IMG/VR virus record: IMGVR_UViG_3300030102_007457
Reading direction: 5' to 3' (one strand)
DNA from: an uncultured virus (IMG/VR IMGVR_UViG_3300030102_007457)
Lineage: Duplodnaviria > Heunggongvirae > Uroviricota > Caudoviricetes
DNA: 64,000 nucleotides
This document shows positions 57,667 through 64,000 of the stretch, in pieces. A model generated the notes under the pieces. That model was not told the origin of the DNA. It did no database searches and saw only the letters and a list, made by a program, of their open reading frames with translations. A program made the position numbers and the translations under genes. The stretch's first letter is position 1, and each line of letters begins with the position of its first letter.

Positions 57667-59168
57667 TACTCGACAGGCCTCCTGCTCACGATGTCATCTA
57701 TGCGAAGTATCGCTGTGGTGACCTCGGTGGCACTGAGGACAGCCTGCCTGATGAGCATGCTGGGCTCGAAGACCTCCTCATCCTTCATGTCGATGATACC
57801 ACCGTCATTCACGTCGGGGCCGTAGTTCAATGAATCGTTCTGCACCTTGTTCCTCATAGCGAGTACGATGTCGAGCGGGTCGAATCCAGCATTCTCTGCC
57901 ACTGTAGCAGGTATAATCTCCAGAGCATCGGCGAAAGCCTCGATTGCCATCTGAGCCCTGCCTCCTATAGTGGCAGCGTGATTCCTCAAGTGAGCGGCCA
58001 TGGCAACGTAACTGGACCCTCCACCACACACGACGCGGTTAGTGTCCTTGACTATCGACACCACACCCAGTGCGTCATCGAAGCCTCTCTCCACCTCGTC
58101 CAGTGTGGATTGCGTGGCACCTCGTAGAACGAGTGTCGACTGTTCGCTCTCAATACTACCAGCCACGAATAGATATTCGACGTCGTTGTGCCTCTGCTTG
58201 AGCAACTTGACGTGTGCTGATGATTCAGCGTCGTCCACAGTCTGTGATATAGGTATACCAAGAGCAGATGAAAGAGCACGCATGGCGCTCTCAGGCAGTC
58301 TCCTGACCACACCGATGCCGTTCTTCTTCAGGAATGCGCAGACGTTGTCATGAACACCGTCCCTGACGAACACTACACCACGCCCACCCATTGCCGAGAC
58401 TATCTTCTTGGCTTTGGTGAGCAGGTCGTCCTTGCCCGCTTGCTTGAACTTGCTATATGAAGCAGCATCTATCTGCACCTGCACATTGTCCTCTGACTTC
58501 TCCATCTCCAATCCTGTGTTGATTAGTAGGGCACTGGTATCTTCATCATGGTCGTACTCCAGAACGAAGTCCTTGCTCATGATTACACCATTGAACAGAT
58601 ACGAGTCCTCGAGGCTGCCACCCGGCAGGCTGACGACCCTCACCTTGTCAGCATCACCAGCGCGTATGACCGCGTCAACGCACAGTTGACTGACTATGTC
58701 AGTAGCGGTCTCGAGCGTCTTGCCTGTTATAGCCGTCTTAGCAACGCTCTTGAGAGTCTCCTCAGCAGCATCGAAGGCAATCTTCTCCTCAAGATAGGTA
58801 GTAGCCATCTGAGCGGCTTCATGGTACCCCTTGCATACGACGTTGGGATGTAGCCCTTTCTGGAATAGATTCTCGCTGTTAGCCAGCAGTTGACCAGCAA
58901 GTACTACTGTGCTGGTAGTACCATCGTAGCACAGGGCCTCCTGAGTCTTGGCTATTTCCACCATCATCTTGGCACCCGGATGAGCGACATCCAGTTCCCT
59001 CAGTATGGTGGCACCGTCGTTGGTGACTATGACATTACCCGCTCCGTCAACCATCATCTTGTCCATACCCATCGGACCGAGGGTGGACTTGCACGTCTCG
59101 ACTATCGTCTTAGCAGCCCTGATGTTGAGTTTCTGCGCTGTTGAGCGCTGCTCCTTGCTCTCGCTCAT
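57666..59168 (-). CDS. ths: Thermosome (group II chaperonin) subunit, virus-encoded
   Basis: STLGPMGMDKM, VTNDGATIL, DGTTS, LRGAT..LDEVER, FADALEIIP..AENAG and ILRIDD motifs. Confidence 0.95.
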   Translation of the reverse strand: MSESKEQRSTAQKLNIRAAKTIVETCKSTLGPMGMDKMMVDGAGNVIVTNDGATILRELDVAHPGAKMMVEIAKTQEALCYDGTTSTVVLAGQLLANSENLFQKGLHPNVVCKGYHEAAQMATTYLEEKIAFDAAEETLKSVAKTAITGKTLETATDIVSQLCVDAVIRAGDADKVRVVSLPGGSLEDSYLFNGVIMSKDFVLEYDHDEDTSALLINTGLEMEKSEDNVQVQIDAASYSKFKQAGKDDLLTKAKKIVSAMGGRGVVFVRDGVHDNVCAFLKKNGIGVVRRLPESAMRALSSALGIPISQTVDDAESSAHVKLLKQRHNDVEYLFVAGSIESEQSTLVLRGATQSTLDEVERGFDDALGVVSIVKDTNRVVCGGGSSYVAMAAHLRNHAATIGGRAQMAIEAFADALEIIPATVAENAGFDPLDIVLAMRNKVQNDSLNYGPDVNDGGIIDMKDEEVFEPSMLIRQAVLSATEVTTAILRIDDIVSRRPVE

Positions 59169-59419
59169 TGTTCATCCCTTACCTTGTAAGCGCCATCCTT
59201 GTACTCCTGCCAGAGTTTGGATATCTCTGCGACGGGAGTGCCCTTGTGGTGCGAACGGAAGGCGCTCCATGATAGACCCTCGAGGTACTTGACGTTCCTC
59301 TCTTTCTGAATCTCCATCAAGGCCTTCTTCTCCTCCTCCGCTTTCTCAAGCAGGATGTCAATATCACTGCTTTTGTCTTTCTTTCTTCCGAATATTCTTC
59401 TCAACCATTTCAATATCAT
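59165..59419 (-). CDS. Hypothetical 84-aa protein
   Basis: ATGA-coupled at both ends. Confidence 0.65.
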   Translation of the reverse strand: MILKWLRRIFGRKKDKSSDIDILLEKAEEEKKALMEIQKERNVKYLEGLSWSAFRSHHKGTPVAEISKLWQEYKDGAYKVRDEQ

Positions 59420-59577
59420 TCTTCTTCATCTCCCTTATCATCCAAGTACGGCCATTTTATCTGCGTGGCGACCTTTGAAGCCACCATCTGTATATCGACC
59501 ATGGAGTGTCCTTTCGTTATCATGTTGAGGAGAAGGTGCAAAGCGCCCTTCAGTTTCCTCTCTTCCTGCTCATTCAT
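59416..59577 (-). CDS. 53-aa hypothetical protein (MNEQEERKLKGALHLLLNMITKG...), absent from the ORF track
   Basis: Hand-translated. GGTGA RBS upstream and ATGA overlap downstream. Confidence 0.6.
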   Translation of the reverse strand: MNEQEERKLKGALHLLLNMITKGHSMVDIQMVASKVATQIKWPYLDDKGDEEE

Positions 59578-59582
59578 CTCTT

Positions 59583-60191
59583 TCACCATTCAATTTCAAT
59601 CTCCACCGTGTCTCCGGTTTCAAGTGAACGTGATTTGACAATGCCATACTCCTGCATGTACGCGTATAGGTCGTATGTGAGTTTGGCATCCTTGAGACAG
59701 TAGTCAGCCACCTCGTTGTACTTTCCCTCCTTCCAAGCGGATGGGGCCTCCACACTCTTCATGCTCTTGTCCATATCGAGCGTCTGTCGACACAGCATGG
59801 ATAGGTCCGTGGCAACCTTACCGTGAAGCATAGAGGCCTTGTGCACGATGTTCTTGGTGTCTATTATTGACTCCTTCTTAGCCATCGCGTCACCTGCAGC
59901 CCAGCAGTCTAACGAGTCTCTTATGACCGGTAGGTCAAAATTGAGAATATTATGGCCTAGTAGTTTTCCTCCCTTTTCGATATGTCCTGCTATGTGGTCC
60001 CCTACATCTCTAGGATGGAGGTCCAGACTATTCACACCGTCCAGTTCTATCTCCTGCTTGGAGAAGACAGTACCCTCGGTACCATCCCATGTCGCTATCA
60101 CACTCGGTTGGAACAGTGTTCTGTTGTTCCACCCACCTATGTCATAGGAGTAATTCTCAGTCTCTATATCGAGTGATAGTATGTCAGTCAT
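59583..60191 (-). CDS. DEDD/DnaQ-like 3'-5' exonuclease (RNase H-like fold)
   Basis: ExoI LDIETE, ExoII GHNILNFDLP, ExoIII YCLKD. GGTGA RBS before ATG 60191. Confidence 0.85.
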   Translation of the reverse strand: MTDILSLDIETENYSYDIGGWNNRTLFQPSVIATWDGTEGTVFSKQEIELDGVNSLDLHPRDVGDHIAGHIEKGGKLLGHNILNFDLPVIRDSLDCWAAGDAMAKKESIIDTKNIVHKASMLHGKVATDLSMLCRQTLDMDKSMKSVEAPSAWKEGKYNEVADYCLKDAKLTYDLYAYMQEYGIVKSRSLETGDTVEIEIEW

Positions 60192-60222
60192 GGTATCACC
60201 TAACACTCCGTCAATCAAAGTC

Positions 60223-61620
60223 TTACTCTTTCTGTTCCTTGAGTTTCAGGTATACTACCTTCTTTTCCTTGGTCACCGCGAACATGTCCTTCGCGTACTT
60301 TGAGAAGTGATTCCAAGCAGTACCACGAGTGACATTGGCCTGCTTCTCATATACCCTGAGCATGGCCTCTTTCCTTCTCCAGCCCTGCCCCCTGCTATCC
60401 TCGAAATCAACAGCATCGGTATTCTGGTAGGAAAGCGTGAACTTGTTCCTGTACTCGCTGACCTCGGTCTTCTTGAAACCGACTTCAACTTCGTCTTCCA
60501 ACCACAGTATGAGATTCTTGGTGAGGTCGTACAGTATGTCCTTCGCCATGTCGACGTGGTCTCCTGTCACCTCCCATACACCTTCAATCATAGCCATATG
60601 AGTAGCGAATATCACGGTATAGTTCTCAACCGCTGGCATGAACGATGCTACAACCTCGCTGATACCGGGTGCCAAACCGTTCAGCAGTGTGTAGTAATCC
60701 TCTATGGCATCGTAACATGCGTTGTAGAAAGTGTCATCCGCTGAGAACATCTCATGCATGTGAGCCTGAATCAACTCCTCCTGCTGTGCTCTAGGCATTG
60801 ACTCCCACTCCGTGAATGGTATCTCTGATAGATTGAGCAGTCTGTCGCGGAGCCTCTTGGTGAGGTTGTTGAAGTAGTCTGTGATTTGACTGTAGTTCAC
60901 GCTGACCTTCGGCATCTTCTTGTAAGCCGAGTTCATTCTAAGCATACTGACATTCATTCTCTTCTCAGTGTTCCATTCTGCCCAATACAGAAGCACCCTC
61001 TGGAAGATACCCTTCGTAAGCACATAGTCCTTGACGCCCTTCGGGGGGAACGTGGTTATCCACATCGACACCAGAGACTCAGTCTCAATCCTACCAGCCT
61101 TGGTGTGCTTGACGAGCGTGTTGTTATTGCTGCCCACCGGGTTGCATGCTGATTGCAGGTACAGGACTGTCTCCTGACTATGCTTGTTAGGGCTGAGAAT
61201 AATACTTCCCTCATCAAAGTTCAATGCCTTACGTCCGTTCAGCAGTCCCTCCTTCAATGTCTGAATCTTCTCTCCATGCTCGTCCTCGCTCTCCTCCCAT
61301 CCACCGATGAGAGCAGCGTCTGTACCGGTGGTGTACATGTCAGTAGGTATGGATGAGTCACGTGCGACATCACCGACGAACTCCCATGCCACTGACTTGC
61401 CGGTCCTCGATGGTTGAATCCAGAATACGTGCACACGTGGGTCGAGGTGACTCGGTCCCCATGGAATCCTCACGAACGGCACTGCTGCCTGTCCCTGCAG
61501 GAAGAAGAACGACAGCATCCCCGGTATGTCGTTGTCTATCGACGTCTCTCTAAAGTGTTCCAGATAGCCTTGGAAGATGGGGAACTTCTTCACAGCCTCG
61601 TACTCAGTGTAATCTCTCAT
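60223..61620 (-). CDS. MCM-like AAA+ ATPase/helicase lacking the canonical N-terminal domain
   Basis: Walker A PSRTGKS, YTTGTDAALIGG (MCM-like), Walker B LNFDE, Arg-finger region IFQR, VTGDHVDMA. Confidence 0.7.
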   Translation of the reverse strand: MRDYTEYEAVKKFPIFQGYLEHFRETSIDNDIPGMLSFFFLQGQAAVPFVRIPWGPSHLDPRVHVFWIQPSRTGKSVAWEFVGDVARDSSIPTDMYTTGTDAALIGGWEESEDEHGEKIQTLKEGLLNGRKALNFDEGSIILSPNKHSQETVLYLQSACNPVGSNNNTLVKHTKAGRIETESLVSMWITTFPPKGVKDYVLTKGIFQRVLLYWAEWNTEKRMNVSMLRMNSAYKKMPKVSVNYSQITDYFNNLTKRLRDRLLNLSEIPFTEWESMPRAQQEELIQAHMHEMFSADDTFYNACYDAIEDYYTLLNGLAPGISEVVASFMPAVENYTVIFATHMAMIEGVWEVTGDHVDMAKDILYDLTKNLILWLEDEVEVGFKKTEVSEYRNKFTLSYQNTDAVDFEDSRGQGWRRKEAMLRVYEKQANVTRGTAWNHFSKYAKDMFAVTKEKKVVYLKLKEQKE

Positions 61621-61644
61621 ATTTTTGACCTCGTGAGAGACCCC

Positions 61645-61652
61645 ATATATAT
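61645..61652 (-). promoter_or_regulatory. TATA box (ATATATAT) for a leaderless transcript
   Basis: 25-32 nt upstream of ATG 61620 on the - strand. Confidence 0.55.
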
Positions 61653-61683
61653 CTTGTGTCCGATTACTCGTCTATACATTTGA

Positions 61684-62382
61684 TTATCTCTTGACCTTCC
61701 TCTCGATATGCATGGGCTCTTCGCTGGTCAGAGCCTCTATCACACGCCCTCTCAGGACTGGGCCGAGCCCCTTGACCTGCTTGAGGGCGTCAGGATAGCA
61801 CATTTCCTCTATGCTGCCGCACTTCTCCAGAAGTTTGTCGACCATGTCCTTGCCTAGTCCGGGTATGGTGAGAAGCATGTCAGCGCGTATGTCGTTGCTG
61901 GCAACACGCCGCACTGTTCTCGCACCGTGGCTCGATGCTGGTTTGTGCAACTTGTCATGTAGTTTGATGATGAAAAGAGCAGCCTCGCTGGTGTTGGGTG
62001 TGTAGAATACCTGACACTCGAAATCAGCCATGATTCTGGCGAGGGTGCCTGTCAACTCGTTCTGAACACGAGAGTACGTTATCCTCCGTCCATTATTCTT
62101 TGCCATGGCGACGTACTTGTCAATGGTGCCATGCACGACGAGGAAGAACCTAGGATAGTTTACATCCATGTTCTCCAGTTGACGCCATAGGTGACCGCTA
62201 TGGCTGGATTGGAAGAAGTCACTCAGGCTCTTGGCCTCGACACACGCCTCTCCGAGGACGTAGTCCCCGACAACCAGAGACTGCCTGTTGACTATCAGAC
62301 CAGCCTTCTCGGCCTTCCTCAGCACTGAGTCGCAGAGCATGCCTCGCTCATTGGAATCAATGATTAGGTTGGGCTTAGGCAC
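61684..62382 (-). CDS. ERCC4/XPF-family nuclease with a C-terminal (HhH)2 region
   Basis: IIDSNE, GDYVL...VEAKSLSDF (GDxnERK variant), LLTIPGLG and VKGLGP. Confidence 0.88.
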   Translation of the reverse strand: MPKPNLIIDSNERGMLCDSVLRKAEKAGLIVNRQSLVVGDYVLGEACVEAKSLSDFFQSSHSGHLWRQLENMDVNYPRFFLVVHGTIDKYVAMAKNNGRRITYSRVQNELTGTLARIMADFECQVFYTPNTSEAALFIIKLHDKLHKPASSHGARTVRRVASNDIRADMLLTIPGLGKDMVDKLLEKCGSIEEMCYPDALKQVKGLGPVLRGRVIEALTSEEPMHIERKVKR

Positions 62383-62605
62383 TTTTCTTACCTCCGTGAA
62401 AGTGACAGTAATTAGGGTGTTTCCTATACTTTCTCATGGCACATCTCTTACCCTTCTTATTGACGTGCTCGCATCTGTCGCCGTTCTTCGGTCTCACCAT
62501 GCACTTGTTGCAGATGCCTGAGTAGGATGACCTGCTCTTCACGTTGTTCGATGACCTCGGTCCACCGCACTCGGAGCATCTCTGACTGAAGTTGTGCTTT
62601 TTCAC
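62375..62605 (-). CDS. Small basic Zn-finger protein
   Basis: CSECG...CNKC and C-x8-C-x10-CxxH; overlaps both neighbours. Confidence 0.7.
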   Translation of the reverse strand: MKKHNFSQRCSECGGPRSSNNVKSRSSYSGICNKCMVRPKNGDRCEHVNKKGKRCAMRKYRKHPNYCHFHGGKKSA

Positions 62606-63711
62606 ATCATCCCCTCCGCAGTTCCATCGTAGAACTTACACCTTCCACTACACAGACCATCTGATATGATTGTCCTGCACATCCCTGCATTGTAACCACT
62701 ATTACCACTGCCTCCGTATACTATGCTCTCGACTTGTCCTCTTGTGTAAGACTCGTCGAAGTCGACCCATCCCTGCTCTGATATGACCTGCGTTATGAAA
62801 TCGACATGCTTCTCTTTCTCCTCATCCTTGACGCTATCCGGTGGGAAGAACCATCTCAGTCTGCTTGCCATGTAGGATGCGAAATGTAATCTAGCCCTGT
62901 GTGTAGGGTTACCCTCACCCATCGCTGATTGCGCTAGACAGGGTAGAATGGTCAACCCATCGATGGATATGTCAGGTAAATCTACAATCTCTTTTCTTCT
63001 GGCTGTGAATATCTGCTTCCTCTCTGGTAGTACTATGCTCAGTGGTTTATTTCCATGTTGGATGTATCCACCGATTGATTCCTGTGCGTTGTCTATCAGT
63101 TCATCATGAGACATGTTCATCAGATTATGACTGTCCATCGGCACGCTCCAGCAGCCTCTCTTGCTGTTGTATGAATTGGGTATGCGTATCATACCCGCTG
63201 TGTCGAATGCCACAGTGGGGTCGTTGCTGTACAGATTGAGTTCTTTATGCCATTTGGAAAGCACCATCCTTCCAGCGTCTTTCACACGAGTAACGTCGAA
63301 TCCGTTGCTGGGGGTGAATACCGTGTCAAGAGGAATCCACACATGAAAGCCTCCCCCGCTGAACCAGATGAAGTGCATCGTATCCTCTTCAATGAGATAC
63401 TTGTGTAGGCGTTTTACTTGCTCATGCATCTCATCGAAGGGGATATCCTTACCTCTCTCACGGAAGTTCTTACAATCGAAGTCGCATACGAAGTGTCTGA
63501 TTATTGGAGTGTTGTAATCCACACGATGATTGCGAGGAGGAGTGAGTGCACGATATCCGTACGCTGTGAAGTAGACATTGCCACTTCCATTCTTACCCCT
63601 CCAGTAGCGCTCGAGACTATCCCAGTCCTTGACTAGCCTTCTGTATCCCTTCTGGCCGTCAGAACCTATCTCGAGCACTTCCCTTGGGAAGTCCAAGGTG
63701 ATGAAACTCAT
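62602..63711 (-). CDS. Archaeo-eukaryotic primase, PriS catalytic domain fused to a PriL-like C-terminal Fe-S domain
   Basis: DFD, SGGGFH and IRIPNS catalytic motifs; LPCL...HRARL...C..I...GLC.GRC PriL-CTD pattern. Confidence 0.88.
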   Translation of the reverse strand: MSFITLDFPREVLEIGSDGQKGYRRLVKDWDSLERYWRGKNGSGNVYFTAYGYRALTPPRNHRVDYNTPIIRHFVCDFDCKNFRERGKDIPFDEMHEQVKRLHKYLIEEDTMHFIWFSGGGFHVWIPLDTVFTPSNGFDVTRVKDAGRMVLSKWHKELNLYSNDPTVAFDTAGMIRIPNSYNSKRGCWSVPMDSHNLMNMSHDELIDNAQESIGGYIQHGNKPLSIVLPERKQIFTARRKEIVDLPDISIDGLTILPCLAQSAMGEGNPTHRARLHFASYMASRLRWFFPPDSVKDEEKEKHVDFITQVISEQGWVDFDESYTRGQVESIVYGGSGNSGYNAGMCRTIISDGLCSGRCKFYDGTAEGMM

Positions 63712-63720
63712 CGTATCACA

Positions 63721-64000
63721 TCAGCGTAGTTTTTCTACTTCGTTCTCGATAGATGTCAGTAGGGTCCTTGTCAACCCACCTGATAACTCTGGAGTTAGAA
63801 ACTGCTTGTTGACGGTGATGTCGAAGTGATGAACACCATCGACCTTGTCAATCCCTATCTCACCATAGTCATGCAGGGTGTGTTGGTATGTCTTGTATAT
63901 TCTCAACTCGCTCCTACCAAGGGCACCAACCTGTACCCTACAGGACACACTTGGAGCGAGATACCTTAGTACCTCGTCAAATATGGCAATCATCGTTCTC
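63721..64000 (-). CDS. Hypothetical protein, possibly 5'-truncated by the window
   Basis: ORF of at least 90 aa at the window edge, co-oriented with the replication genes. Confidence 0.55.
   Translation of the reverse strand, partial: RTMIAIFDEVLRYLAPSVSCRVQVGALGRSELRIYKTYQHTLHDYGEIGIDKVDGVHHFDITVNKQFLTPELSGGLTRTLLTSIENEVEKLR

Noticed and set aside
57666..64000. Thermosome, primase and XPF genes as host chromosome flanking a provirus
   Set aside because: The genes are divergent, tightly overlapped with small viral-type ORFs, and match known magrovirus gene content. No integrase, tRNA or att-like boundary was seen.

Overview
This window is a 64-kb segment of a large head-tailed archaeal virus (class Caudoviricetes). 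It is most consistent with a magrovirus, i.e. a virus of Marine Group II / Poseidoniales Euryarchaeota. That assignment is inferred from the halovirus-type HK97 capsid protein, GGTGA ribosome-binding sites, TATA-like promoters, a viral thermosome, an ERCC4 nuclease, an MCM-like ATPase and a fused PriS-PriL primase; no database search was run. The + strand (1-56978) is one morphogenesis block: terminase, small basic proteins, a LAGLIDADG protein, portal, a 1866-aa protein with a DNA-ligase fold, prohead protease/scaffold, major capsid protein, neck and tail genes, a 5523-aa giant protein, three tail fibres and a fibre chaperone. The - strand (56996-64000) carries a converging replication and chaperonin block. 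The most notable observations follow. (1) A recurring hydrophobic-x-K|[A/S/G] motif in head-region genes matches the predicted capsid maturation site and brackets whole domains, suggesting a protease-processed cargo system. (2) The ligase-fold domain has lost essentially all catalytic residues. (3) A -1 frameshift chaperone pair is followed by a tape-measure-like gene of only 190 aa. (4) The tail fibres share N-terminal peptides and C-terminal domains that suggest daisy-chain assembly. (5) An unannotated TFS-like zinc ribbon has a basic rather than acidic tip. (6) A roughly 94-nt intergenic element can fold into a multi-stem, possibly pseudoknotted RNA. No CRISPR array, tRNA, rRNA, integrase or reverse transcriptase was seen.
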